Shown: one piece after another, positions 1 to 9,611 of the stretch
Position numbering within the stretch: the stretch's first letter is position 1
Layout: each line of letters begins with the position of its first letter
Source of the DNA: Candidatus Omnitrophota bacterium
GTDB lineage: Bacteria; Omnitrophota; Omnitrophia; Omnitrophales; Aquincolibacteriaceae
Direction of reading: 5' to 3'
Length of the DNA stretch: 64,000 nucleotides
NCBI GenBank assembly: GCA_043803685.1
Contig: JAZDJU010000031.1
Coordinates: 1-64,000 of the forward strand
Position numbers and translations under genes: made by a program
Notes under the pieces: model-generated
What the model saw: only the letters and a program-made list of their open reading frames with translations
Databases searched by the model: none
Told to the model about the DNA's origin: nothing

Positions 1-40
1 GCCCAAAAGACTTCGGGGCCACTCTGAAGCGCCCCTTGCT

Positions 41-658
41 TCACGAAAATTGGAATTTCTCGAAGAAGATCAGATAAAGAGCGACTAACACGAGGATCCC
101 TGAGGATACCCGAGACAGGAACGAGTGATTTTTCTCGCTCCAGAGTTTTAGTTTCTTCAAGAAAATGAACGCAAGCGGCACGAACCAGAGGACGGCGCCG
201 ATCGCGAAACCTCCAAGAAATAATTCCTTGAACCAGGGCGTACGCGCCTCAGGAAAATGGGCGCGAAGAAAACCGACGACCCCCACCCACATAAGAAATA
301 CCACGGGATTCGTAATGACCACCAGGAATCCGACGAGAAAATTTTTGGTCGGGTTCCTCTTAACGACCTCCTCATCCTGGGCCTGGGATTGTTTATGGGG
401 CAAAAGACTGCGCACCGCTAGCGACAGCACCACCCCGATCCCGACCCAGCGAATGATCCCCCACCATTCCGGATGTTCTAAAAGTGGCTGAGTGCCTGTC
501 AAACCGATCTGAAGAAAGATCATATCCGCCAGGACCGCCCCGCAACCCACGAGCAAGGCCGCCGTCCGTCCCCGCTTCAGCCCACGTTGAATCGCGATAA
601 GATTGATCTGCCAGCCAAAACAGGACGCAAAAAAACCGGTCAGGATCCCGATCAACAT
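41..658 (-). CDS. LysE/RhtB-family translocator
   Basis: 205 aa with about 6 TM segments; 'NLIAIQRGLKRG', 'GAVLADMIF' and 'FLVGFLVVITNP' match the LysE pattern; start overlaps the pssA stop. Confidence 0.8.
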   Translation of the reverse strand: MLIGILTGFFASCFGWQINLIAIQRGLKRGRTAALLVGCGAVLADMIFLQIGLTGTQPLLEHPEWWGIIRWVGIGVVLSLAVRSLLPHKQSQAQDEEVVKRNPTKNFLVGFLVVITNPVVFLMWVGVVGFLRAHFPEARTPWFKELFLGGFAIGAVLWFVPLAFIFLKKLKLWSEKNHSFLSRVSSGILVLVALYLIFFEKFQFS

Positions 659-1407
659 TAAGCGCCCCCCTCCTCATCCGGAGAAGATGCGGCACAAGAC
701 CTGTGGAATGAGACGCAATAGAACGGAGAAAGAATAATGAAGGTCAGAAAGATCGAGGCGATCGCACTCTCAACATTAAGATAGAACCAGGCTGAAAGGA
801 ATGCGGCCACCTGCACAACGAACAAGGTCCGCCAAGTACGGAACTTAATGGCCGAGACTTTCGGGTAAGGAATGTCACTGACCATGAGAAAACCAAGCGC
901 CGTCATGAGGAACACCTCGCTGATGAGCGAAAAGGACCGTTCGGTCCAAAGGTTCTTATGAAAAGCGAGCATGGTCATCATCAGCGTCAAGGCCGCTGCG
1001 GGCGTCGGAAGCCCCTCAAAACATCCCCCTCGGGTCGGGTTCACGTTGAAACGCGCCAGGCGAAAGATCCCGGAGCAAAGATAAAATACGATGACCATCA
1101 GAAGCATCACGGGGGAATTCTGGAAAAAAGCTTTATAAACAAGCATGCAGGGGGCCACCACAAAAGAAACGGCATCGGCCAACGAATCCAGTTCGCGCCC
1201 AAATTCCGTTTCATTCCCGAAGATCCGGGCCACGTGACCATCCAGGGAATCAAGAATAAGAGCAAGAAATACGAGCCACACGGCGTATTCATATTTCTCC
1301 TGAACGCTCATCAGGATCGAGAAAAATCCCGCCACCAAGTTGAGCAACGTGATCATGTTGGGGAAAGAGGCCGTCGTGAAATAAAAACGTTTCCTCATGA
1401 TTTTCAT
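658..1407 (-). CDS. pssA: CDP-diacylglycerol--serine O-phosphatidyltransferase
   Basis: 'PNMITLLN', CDP-alcohol motif 'DSLDGHVAR...FGRELDSLAD', 'RLARFN', 'FEGLPTP'; start chosen at the ATGA overlap with psd. Confidence 0.92.
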   Translation of the reverse strand: MKIMRKRFYFTTASFPNMITLLNLVAGFFSILMSVQEKYEYAVWLVFLALILDSLDGHVARIFGNETEFGRELDSLADAVSFVVAPCMLVYKAFFQNSPVMLLMVIVFYLCSGIFRLARFNVNPTRGGCFEGLPTPAAALTLMMTMLAFHKNLWTERSFSLISEVFLMTALGFLMVSDIPYPKVSAIKFRTWRTLFVVQVAAFLSAWFYLNVESAIASIFLTFIILSPFYCVSFHRSCAASSPDEEGGA

Positions 1408-2048
1408 CCCTCTTCGATCCATGACCCGAGGATCGTCGCCCCGCCAGCAACATGCTGTCCGACGCGAACGCTCGTCCGGAACATCCCCCGGGGAACATAG
1501 ACCTCGACCCCTGACCCGTAACAGATGACCCCAAGCTTTTCCCCGCGCCCCATGACCTGGTCGATCACCACATCCGAATAAATACGCTTGGCAATCGCAC
1601 CCGTCAACTGACGCACCAGAACCCGTCTCGCGCGGTTCTCAATCCCGATCCAGTTCGATTCATTATGGTCAAAGGCATCCTTGCGGAGCGCGTTCAGGAA
1701 TTTCCCTTTGACGTACTGCTGGTATTTGATGATTCCGGCCAACGGCGTGCGTGTCGTATGCACATCAAAGATCGAAAGAAAGATACGGATCCGCACAGCC
1801 TCCGCGTGAAGGAATCGATCTTCGAACACCTCATCGATCGCCCGGATGGTCCCGTCCGCGGGAGAAAGAAGCCCATAGTCTCTCGGAGGTTCCCTCTGGG
1901 GGTCCCGAAAAAAAAGAACATGCGCGGCCAAAAGAACAAACAACACAGGCGTTACATACGGAACATGGAAACCCTTCGCCAAGATGATCAGAATCCCTAT
2001 CAATACCACTCCGGGCCACACTCGTTTATCGAGAGAGATCTTTTTCAT
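1404..2048 (-). CDS. psd: Phosphatidylserine decarboxylase proenzyme
   Basis: 'FFRDPQR', 'SPADG', 'IFLSIFDVH', self-cleavage motif 'YGS' (FGS-like); adjacent to pssA. Confidence 0.92.
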   Translation of the reverse strand: MKKISLDKRVWPGVVLIGILIILAKGFHVPYVTPVLFVLLAAHVLFFRDPQREPPRDYGLLSPADGTIRAIDEVFEDRFLHAEAVRIRIFLSIFDVHTTRTPLAGIIKYQQYVKGKFLNALRKDAFDHNESNWIGIENRARRVLVRQLTGAIAKRIYSDVVIDQVMGRGEKLGVICYGSGVEVYVPRGMFRTSVRVGQHVAGGATILGSWIEEG

Positions 2049-3664
2049 AAGGATACCGCCATGGGAGTTTCCTTCTTCATAAGTCCTGAACCTTCGTCAC
2101 TTCGATGTTTTTCAACCTCGCCAAAGGGCGGTTTCTTCGGATCCTGTCCCTCCGGGATCCCTTGCGTTTCGGTCACATACTTACGAAAGGCCCGGTGTGT
2201 CGCGATCCATCGAAAAAATTCCAACCACTTGCTCATAGAGAACGGACCGCCCTTAGCGACACGCCAAAAGGTCCCCGAAAAAAATCTCATCCGTTCAAAA
2301 TCAAAGGTCAAAAGATAATAAGCCAGAAGCTTGAACAAAAGAGTGGTAAATTTGAGATCCAACGACGCCCGCTTGTGCTCGGGATTGAGATTCCTGAAAC
2401 GGTTCAAGGCTGTCACCAGACGATCCGCATAAGTGTCGTAACGGTAAAGGCATCGACTCAGCCAGTTGTAACCTTGATGAAGTTCTTCCTGCGTCATGAG
2501 TTTCGGGACAAAATTGCAGTCCGAGGAGCCGTGCCCCTTCGTCTCAGTCCAATCCAGGCTCAAGAGTCGTCCCTCGGCTTCAAGCCGCTTGATCAAAGGC
2601 GTGTTGGGGAGTGCCATGAGCGTCCCGCAAGTGGTGAACGGGATCCCGAGTTCCTGCAGAAAATCGAATGTTTCCTTGAAGATATTTTTATCATCCGCAT
2701 CGAACCCCACGATCATCCCAGCCACAACGGTCAGGTGATACGAGTGAATGCGCTTAATATCTTCCAGGATATTTTCACGCGTGTTCTGAACCTTACCCGA
2801 CTCCACAAGGCTCGCGCGCCTCGGAGATTCGATCCCAACGAAAAGCGCGTAAAAATTCGCGGCCTGGAACAATTCCAGAAGGTCCGGATGGTGGGCCACA
2901 TTGACCGTCAACTCACAGGAGAATTCTATGGGATAACCGTTCTTTTTTGAATAATCCGCCAAGGCCGTGAGAAGTTCGCGGGCGAACGGAATGTTGCCGA
3001 TGAAGTTCGCGTCACCGAAAACGATGTAATGCGCTCCCTGTTTCACGCAATGATCGACCTCGGCGAGCACTTGAGCAACGGTCTTCGTACGCGGCACGCG
3101 GCCGTCCATCACGATAATATCGCAGAATTCACAATTGAAAGGACATCCCCGGCTCGTCTGGAGCGAGAACATATTGTACCGGTCCCCCCGGATGAGATCG
3201 TAGCGCGGGACCGGACTTTTACGAATGTCGGCCTTGGAAACGGCCTTGTAGAGTTCCCGGGCTGTCCCCCGCTCAAAATCGCGAAGGAACTCCGGCCAGA
3301 TTTCTTCAGCTTCTCCTACGATCCGGTAGTCACATTTCCCCTCGAACGCTTCCGGGAAAAGGCTGTTGTAAGGCCCACCGACAGCGATCTTTTTGCCGCG
3401 TTTCTTGAACTCCGCGATGATCTCAAGCGCCCTGTGGTATTGGACATTGAAAGCGCTGATCGCGATCAGATCTGCGGAACTTTCAAAATCAATGTCCTCA
3501 ACATTTTCATCCGCGATCTCCACTTCCCAGGAACTGGGCGTGAGAGCTGCGACAGTGGCCAGACCCAGGGGGGTGGTCGAAAACCGTGTCCCCGTGAGCG
3601 GTTGCAGCCCCTCGAAGGACCAGATCGTTGGTTGAAACCGGGGATTGATCAGATAAACTTTCAA
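2045..3664 (-). CDS. B12-binding radical SAM protein (HpnP-like architecture)
   Basis: N-terminal 'PLGLATVAALTP' cobalamin-binding domain; 'SRGCPFNCEFCD' CxxxCxxC; C-terminal DUF4070-like region. Confidence 0.88.
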   Translation of the reverse strand: MKVYLINPRFQPTIWSFEGLQPLTGTRFSTTPLGLATVAALTPSSWEVEIADENVEDIDFESSADLIAISAFNVQYHRALEIIAEFKKRGKKIAVGGPYNSLFPEAFEGKCDYRIVGEAEEIWPEFLRDFERGTARELYKAVSKADIRKSPVPRYDLIRGDRYNMFSLQTSRGCPFNCEFCDIIVMDGRVPRTKTVAQVLAEVDHCVKQGAHYIVFGDANFIGNIPFARELLTALADYSKKNGYPIEFSCELTVNVAHHPDLLELFQAANFYALFVGIESPRRASLVESGKVQNTRENILEDIKRIHSYHLTVVAGMIVGFDADDKNIFKETFDFLQELGIPFTTCGTLMALPNTPLIKRLEAEGRLLSLDWTETKGHGSSDCNFVPKLMTQEELHQGYNWLSRCLYRYDTYADRLVTALNRFRNLNPEHKRASLDLKFTTLLFKLLAYYLLTFDFERMRFFSGTFWRVAKGGPFSMSKWLEFFRWIATHRAFRKYVTETQGIPEGQDPKKPPFGEVEKHRSDEGSGLMKKETPMAVSL

Positions 3665-3714
3665 GATCGTTTACCGCTTTCTTTTAGGGATGTCACTGTT
3701 GGTACGAACCCGTT

Positions 3715-5805
3715 TTAATGTTTCCGTAAATAGATCCCGGAAATAACAATAGAAAGAATGAACCGGACAAAGAGGATCAATTCCTCGATCGTCGTAAGAA
3801 AAACACGCGCATAGTTGATCCTGAGCACATCGCCCCGTCGCCAGGAGATCTTCACGCTTTCCCAAAATTTCTGGAGGGGCTCGCGAGTCGCGGTGAGGCG
3901 AAGCGAAAAAAGATTCAACTTGTTCATCTTGATCTGGAACCGCGAAGGAACCCGGAACCGGTAAATATTCTTCTTCTCAAGCGCCGTAGCGGCTTTCTGA
4001 TAAAGAAGAAAAAGCTCCGAGGTCCGGAGATTTCGCCATTCCTTCGCGCACTGGGTCAGCCGCGCGATCTCCGAGATCACTTTCTGTTCAAGCGGTCCCC
4101 TTTTACGCGTGGCAAGCCAGACCTCTTCAAGTTCCAGAGTAAGCTCCCATCGGCCTTTCATACTGCGCAAAGTATCCCAAAATCTCCGTTTGAAATAGAC
4201 CCAGCGTCCCTCGACCGGATAACCTGTTCGGCGCTCGAGCCGGTCCTTCAATCGGAAAAAACCGCTGATCATCGGATGCCCGCCTTCAACATCAATCGAG
4301 TTCTTGTACCACATAAAATTTGAAAAAATACCCCAGTAATTATCCCCCTTGAGCTCCCGGTGCAGGATCTTCTTCATGTTTTCCGTGCTGTAAAAGGTCT
4401 TCCAGGCGGCCTCGTAGGCGGCAAGCCACTCTCCCGGTTTCATCCGCGGATGACGGTGTGTTTCATGGAACGTGTCGTAATTATTGAGGTCCGCGTCCAG
4501 AAGCATCCCCTTCTCAAGAGCCTGTTTATAATCCATGGCGCCCGGAAGCGGCGTCATCATGAAAAAAGATGCCTGCCCCGCGCCAAAGGACATCAATTTC
4601 TCGATATCCTGCTTCACCGATTCCACCGTATCGAGAGGAAATCCGATGATGTAGGCCAGGTGACAAACGATGCCCACCTCATGGAAAGAATCCACGAGCT
4701 TTTTGAAATTCTCGATGTCGTTCTGGTTTTTTTTCGCGGCCTTGAGATTCTCCTGGTTCAAGCTCTCCATCCCAATGAAAACCTGCCGGCAACCCGCGCG
4801 GGCGGCCTTCTCAACAAAATTCGGCACCGTATGGGCCTGGGTATCCAACTGCATCATGAAATGGAACGGGATCCCCTCTTTTTCCTTCAACTCGATCAAC
4901 CGGTCGAGGATCGTCTCCCAGTTCTTATGACGGCAAAAATTGTCATCGGTGAAAAAATAATGGGAGATCTGGTGACGACGGTATCCCTCGCGAACCGTTT
5001 CGATCAAAAGCTCGACATCGCGGAACCGCATCTTGCGTCCCTGAACGTTGATCACGGTACAGAAACTGCACCCGAAAGGACATCCCCTGCCGCAATCGAG
5101 AGTCCCGAAATGCTGAAGCGCGTAATGTTTTTGGTGTTTGGGATTAATGCGCGGGAACGAGGCTTTGGAAATATCGGGAATATCGTTCAGAAAATTATAA
5201 ACGGGTTTGAGCTTGCCCTGGATCGCGTCCTTCAACATCAACTCCCAGTGCCCGCCCTCGGCTTCCCCCGCCGCAAGGGACACCCCCGCGTTACGAAGCG
5301 TCACAAGCTCCGGAGAAAGATCGGGCAAGGTCGCCATTACCCCGCTCACATGGAACCCTCCTAGCAGGACTTCGACCCCTGCCTGACGGAATTTCATCGC
5401 GATATCGGACGCACGCGGCATCTGGTTAGACTGTACCCCGACCAGACAGATCACCGTCTTGGTGCCGGCACAATGACTTTCTTTAATGATCTTCTGATAA
5501 GGGATCCCCTGGACCGTATCGTCAATCAGCGTAATCTCCCAGATGAGGTCTTTGCCGAGAACGCCGCGTTCCCGGACATCCTCACTCAATCCATTCAGAC
5601 AGGAAAGTGTATTGCTTGGGAGCACTCCCTTCCAGTAACGAATGACATATCCTTCGTCGTCATACTTGGAGGGTTTGATCGGAAAAAGATGGAGGCGTTT
5701 GTACTTGTGAGGCCTCCCCCCGGCACACGTCGCGCCCGACGCCTCGGAGGGAACATCCGAAGAACAACAAGACCGGAGAGATACGGGATTTTCCTGAATT
5801 TGCAT
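3715..5805 (-). CDS. B12-binding-type radical SAM protein, 696 aa
   Basis: 'GRGCPFGCSFC' motif; 'LLGGFHVS' and 'GEAE' B12-domain motifs; 'FTDDNF', 'IGMES'. Confidence 0.85.
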   Translation of the reverse strand: MQIQENPVSLRSCCSSDVPSEASGATCAGGRPHKYKRLHLFPIKPSKYDDEGYVIRYWKGVLPSNTLSCLNGLSEDVRERGVLGKDLIWEITLIDDTVQGIPYQKIIKESHCAGTKTVICLVGVQSNQMPRASDIAMKFRQAGVEVLLGGFHVSGVMATLPDLSPELVTLRNAGVSLAAGEAEGGHWELMLKDAIQGKLKPVYNFLNDIPDISKASFPRINPKHQKHYALQHFGTLDCGRGCPFGCSFCTVINVQGRKMRFRDVELLIETVREGYRRHQISHYFFTDDNFCRHKNWETILDRLIELKEKEGIPFHFMMQLDTQAHTVPNFVEKAARAGCRQVFIGMESLNQENLKAAKKNQNDIENFKKLVDSFHEVGIVCHLAYIIGFPLDTVESVKQDIEKLMSFGAGQASFFMMTPLPGAMDYKQALEKGMLLDADLNNYDTFHETHRHPRMKPGEWLAAYEAAWKTFYSTENMKKILHRELKGDNYWGIFSNFMWYKNSIDVEGGHPMISGFFRLKDRLERRTGYPVEGRWVYFKRRFWDTLRSMKGRWELTLELEEVWLATRKRGPLEQKVISEIARLTQCAKEWRNLRTSELFLLYQKAATALEKKNIYRFRVPSRFQIKMNKLNLFSLRLTATREPLQKFWESVKISWRRGDVLRINYARVFLTTIEELILFVRFILSIVISGIYLRKH

Positions 5806-5842
5806 GGGGGCGGATTATACCCCATCTTGAGAGGGACTACTA

Positions 5843-6173
5843 GTACAGCTTCAAGATTGAAATTTTTAGGTGACGCAATTTCAATCTGCTCTATGGACTG
5901 TACCGTTCACTGAAAAAATCAAACTTGAAACGGTGCTAGCACTGCGTCAATATTGATTTTACGGGTTCGTAATGCTGCCCAAGTCTTTATTTCTTTTCAC
6001 TAATGGCGACTTGGACTGCACTGACTTTAATTTAAATTAAGGGTAGTCAGCGCTGCCCCCAATCTCAACTTTGTTTCGATTAATAAGAATTGGGACTGCA
6101 CTGATTTCCGATCATTGATTAATAAAAATCAGGTGTTGCACCGTGTACCCGTAAAAATAAAGTGACACGGCAC
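5843..6173. repeat. Tandem hairpin array, copy A (8 units); candidate structured ncRNA
   Basis: Abutted inverted-repeat units 5843-5898, 5900-5936, 5939-5975, 5977-6016, 6018-6053, 6055-6096, 6098-6136 and 6138-6173, separated by T or TA; inverted homolog at 10554-10832. Confidence 0.85.
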
Positions 6174-6203
6174 TACAAGAGTTCCAGCTTGGAAGCTACT
6201 GTG

Positions 6204-6238
6204 ATTATATTGAAATGGGTTTTGTCCCTCAGTATAAT
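6204..6238. promoter_or_regulatory. Overlapping divergent sigma70-type promoter elements
   Basis: Plus strand TTGAAA (6210-6215), 17 bp, TATAAT (6233-6238) upstream of the response regulator; minus strand TATAAT at 6204-6209 pointing into hairpin array A. Confidence 0.55.
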
Positions 6239-6330
6239 GCCCCCATTCAAGTTGCGGAAAATTTTGCTTTTTGAAAGGATCATCGAAACGCTACTCTGGA
6301 ATAACTGGACCGCTAAAAATGGAGATGCTC

Positions 6331-6735
6331 ATGCCGAAGAAAGTTTTAGTCGTGGATGATGATTCGGATCTTTGCGAACAGCTCAAGACGGAAATCGCAG
6401 AGCAGCTAGGCTGTGACGTCGATATTGCCTTGAACGGGCGGGATGCTGTCGCGATGTTCTTCGTCTCGAGAGTGGAGCAACCTTACGATCTCATTCTCCT
6501 TGATATCAAAATGCCCGTCTTTGACGGCAAGAAAGCTCTCGACGTTATCCGAAAGAACGAAGAGCTTCAAGGGGTTCTTTTGGGGCATGGGGTTCCGATC
6601 ATTATGTTAACGGGAGTGACTACGGGAGTGCCTGATACCTTCTATGAAGGTTGTGACGATTACGTGACCAAACCGTTTAAAACTGATTTTTTGATCAAAA
6701 AAATAGCAGAGCACCTAAACCGCAAAAAGGTTTAG
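6331..6735 (+). CDS. Single-domain response regulator (REC)
   Basis: 'VLVVDDD', 'DLILLDIKMPVFDG', 'IIMLT', 'YVTKPF'; GGAG RBS before ATG 6331. Confidence 0.9.
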   Translation: MPKKVLVVDDDSDLCEQLKTEIAEQLGCDVDIALNGRDAVAMFFVSRVEQPYDLILLDIKMPVFDGKKALDVIRKNEELQGVLLGHGVPIIMLTGVTTGVPDTFYEGCDDYVTKPFKTDFLIKKIAEHLNRKKV

Positions 6736-6879
6736 CACCTTATTTCCGGTCGCGCAGGGCTGGGAACCTATTCCGGCGGGGCATTAAAGCATAGGGCTTA
6801 CCATGTCGTTCTATAATCGGGGCAAGCTATTCCTGAAATAGCTTTCAAAGAGAATTATCCCTGAGGAAGGAGCGTGAAA

Positions 6880-7261
6880 ATGTCACAAGAGGGTTCCGGG
6901 ATGGGCGCGGTGGAACACAAGACGCAGCCTTTCAAGAAATGTCCTTGTTGCTCGTTTGTATGGGACAATGAAAATGATTTTTTGAGTGACGCCAACATCG
7001 AGATCATGGGCGATCCTGTTTTTTTTTGAAAAAACGAAAAAGAATTTTTTTCTTTTTAATCATAAAATCTGTCAATCATCATTGACGGTTCTAACCTTTG
7101 GGTTTACCAGCCTTCGAGAGGACTTGGCAGAAGCATTATCGTGGGCTGAACGTCCCTCTTACTGTTTATATCCAGAAAGCATGGAAGGCTGTTCCCCGCG
7201 ATGCGATTGTTCCCATCTTCAGAAAATGGCCCAACGCATAAGAAATTGGCCCAAAAAATAA
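6880..7261 (+). pseudogene. Cys-rich protein frameshifted in a T9 tract
   Basis: RBS GAGGAAGGA; ATG 6880 reads 'FKKCPCCSFVW...FLSDANIEIMGDPVFF' then TGA at 7027; removing one T from 7019-7027 joins it to 'EKTKKNFFLFNHKIC...CDC...RNWPKK*'. Confidence 0.65.
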
Positions 7262-7270
7262 TTTTTCCAG

Positions 7271-8650
7271 TCAGGGCATCGGATAGCGGAGACTTGTGAC
7301 GGCAAACCGGGCCCGGCGAATACAATCCGTGATGCCGAAGCCTTGAAGTCCGTTCCCCGCGAGAAAAAGACCTGGATATCGAGAACTTTCCTTCTCGATC
7401 TCCGCCACACGCTCAAGATGTCCCACCTCATATTGAGGCAATGCCTTGAGATACCGCTTCACGTCAGTAAAGAGCGGCTTGGACCGGGCGCCGAAAAGAT
7501 CCCCCGTGAAAGTCGCCGCCTCCCGGCTGAGGATCTCATCGCTCTTATGGAAGACCTCGGGAAGCATGGCCTCCGAGATGAAAGCACGCGCCAAGGCGTA
7601 TTTTCTGTCAGCACTCTTGCCAAGCCACTTGAAACTTGAAAAAGGATATTGGCCACCATCCGCTGGCACCCAAAAGCCCGGTTCTATTCGCACCACCGGC
7701 ATATCCTCGGCACTGTAAGCGAAACTCACCGTCGAGATCGAATCGTATCGCACGGCCGAAAGTGCCCGGGAAAGTTCTGGAGCCGTTGAGGACAATAACC
7801 GGGCAGAATCAGGGGCATTCATGGCAAGCCCCAAGATATCCGCATCGAGCGCAGCGCCGTTCTCCAAAAGGATCTTCCATCCCGCATCGTAGACGCATTG
7901 GCGAACGGGCGTCGAACGCTGCAGCTGACAATGTCCCAGTTCCCGCTCAAGCGTCCTGGCCAATCCTTCAAGGCCTTGCCTCAGTGTAAAAAATTCCGCC
8001 GCAGATTTTTTTTTCTTGGCGCGAATCCTGTCCAGGAAAGACCCTGTAAGACTCCCCTGAGTTTCCTCGGCTTGCCGCCACTTCGGGAACAGAGCATTCA
8101 AGCTCGCGTGCTCGGGATCGGCCATATAAACACCCCGCACCAACGGCATCACGGCCTCCCGGTAGAAATTTTTCCCGAGGCGGCGGCCAACAAAGTCCGC
8201 GATACTCTCATCTTCCTCTCCACTCTTGCGGAGGACGAACGGCTCCGCAAGCATCCGGCACTTCGCCGCAAATCCCAGGTTTGGATTTCCGAGAAAACCC
8301 AGGACATCCCCCCACGATCCTGGAAAACCCTGCATACGATAAAACTTATTATTTTTCAGATAGAAAAAATTCCGGAAGCACGGAGCTGCCTCGATCACAT
8401 CACCCTCAAGGCCTAATGCGCGGCAAAGATCTAGCGTGTCGCTTTGGCCACCATAAAAGGCATCCGCCCCCGATTCCATCCGGAGATCGCCGTGAGACAA
8501 CGTGCGGAGGACGCCACCCCAACGGTCAGACGCTTCAAGAATAGTGATCTTGAGAGGAAATTGCTCCTGGGAGGCTTTCTGCGAGAGGAAAAAGGCGGCG
8601 CTAAGACCGGAAATGCCACCCCCGACGATCACCGCATGGCGGTCCTTCAT
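7271..8650 (-). CDS. hemG: Protoporphyrinogen/coproporphyrinogen oxidase (HemY type)
   Basis: 'IVGGGISGLSAA' FAD motif, 'LEASDRWGG', 'ESGADAF', 'ALPQYEVGH', 'GFGITDCI'. Confidence 0.88.
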   Translation of the reverse strand: MKDRHAVIVGGGISGLSAAFFLSQKASQEQFPLKITILEASDRWGGVLRTLSHGDLRMESGADAFYGGQSDTLDLCRALGLEGDVIEAAPCFRNFFYLKNNKFYRMQGFPGSWGDVLGFLGNPNLGFAAKCRMLAEPFVLRKSGEEDESIADFVGRRLGKNFYREAVMPLVRGVYMADPEHASLNALFPKWRQAEETQGSLTGSFLDRIRAKKKKSAAEFFTLRQGLEGLARTLERELGHCQLQRSTPVRQCVYDAGWKILLENGAALDADILGLAMNAPDSARLLSSTAPELSRALSAVRYDSISTVSFAYSAEDMPVVRIEPGFWVPADGGQYPFSSFKWLGKSADRKYALARAFISEAMLPEVFHKSDEILSREAATFTGDLFGARSKPLFTDVKRYLKALPQYEVGHLERVAEIEKESSRYPGLFLAGNGLQGFGITDCIRRARFAVTSLRYPMP

Positions 8651-8677
8651 AAGATCCGAACAGGAACGGATGGACTC

Positions 8678-9604
8678 TTAGTTCTTTTGGACAAGGATCG
8701 TAAAGATCTTTCGGGTCGGAGCCGTGCGGGGCTCCCACGGCCGTTCATAGACAAAATCGATTTTGCCTTCGCCCGGTGTCACAGCCTTGAACTTAAAAAT
8801 TTCCTCGCCCGGAACACCCGGCATCACTTCCTGGGAAACAACATGGTCGGACCTGACAAACTGAGCGGTCTTATCCCCCTCTGGCATCGTCATCTTCCAC
8901 CGAAACCCTGTTGAGGGATTGCTCGCAAGCGCGATCGAGAACTCTTCTCCCGGAAGGACTTCCACAGGGACACCCGGATCACGGAAGATCAACGGCTTGT
9001 TTTCGGTCACCGGAGTAGCGCTGGGGACCGGGGAAGAAGGTGTATCGCTCTCCTTGCTCGCATCGACCGAAACCTGAGCAGACGTTTCAGGCAAGATCTC
9101 AGCGACAGGAGGAATCGGAGTTTCCTTGGCTTCTTCGGGCACCACAACATTCATGGTGATCGGATCGCTCCAAAGGGGCTCAGCGACATCTCCATCTTCG
9201 CTCATACGTTTGAACCCGAGCCTGAAGGTCACCGGTCCCGTCTTGTCCTGACTGGGGATATAAAGAATGATGTTCTTCTCATAACTGTTTCCAGGGTCCA
9301 ACGTCACTTCTTCGAGGGTATTCTCGTTACAGGTCCAGGACTGAATCGACACAACGGGATTATCCGTGACCCAGTGTTTCTCATAAGAACAGGTATTGCT
9401 CCAGAAATCGACCGAAGTATCGTCGCTCGTATTGGAGACCTCCACCCGGTTGAGGAACATCATCCCGGTCTTGACGGAATTTTGATCGGGAAATACCTGG
9501 ATCTGGAGGAGAGGATCCTCGGCCCGAACTACCGGGCAAAAAAAACAAACCCCTAATAGAAGGAAAAAGAAGGCGTGGCTAAGCGAGGAGGAACCGATTT
9601 TCAT
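8678..9604 (-). CDS. Exported protein with C-terminal chagasin (inhibitor I42) domain
   Basis: Signal peptide, Ig-like N-domain, Pro/Ser linker, chagasin motifs 'SNPSTGFRW', 'PGVPG', 'YERPWE'. Confidence 0.8.
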   Translation of the reverse strand: MKIGSSSLSHAFFFLLLGVCFFCPVVRAEDPLLQIQVFPDQNSVKTGMMFLNRVEVSNTSDDTSVDFWSNTCSYEKHWVTDNPVVSIQSWTCNENTLEEVTLDPGNSYEKNIILYIPSQDKTGPVTFRLGFKRMSEDGDVAEPLWSDPITMNVVVPEEAKETPIPPVAEILPETSAQVSVDASKESDTPSSPVPSATPVTENKPLIFRDPGVPVEVLPGEEFSIALASNPSTGFRWKMTMPEGDKTAQFVRSDHVVSQEVMPGVPGEEIFKFKAVTPGEGKIDFVYERPWEPRTAPTRKIFTILVQKN

Positions 9605-9611
9605 TTTCGAA

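Noticed and set aside
5843..6173. CRISPR array interpretation of the ~38-bp periodic region
   Set aside because: No identical direct repeats alternating with spacers; each unit is its own inverted repeat; no cas genes in the window
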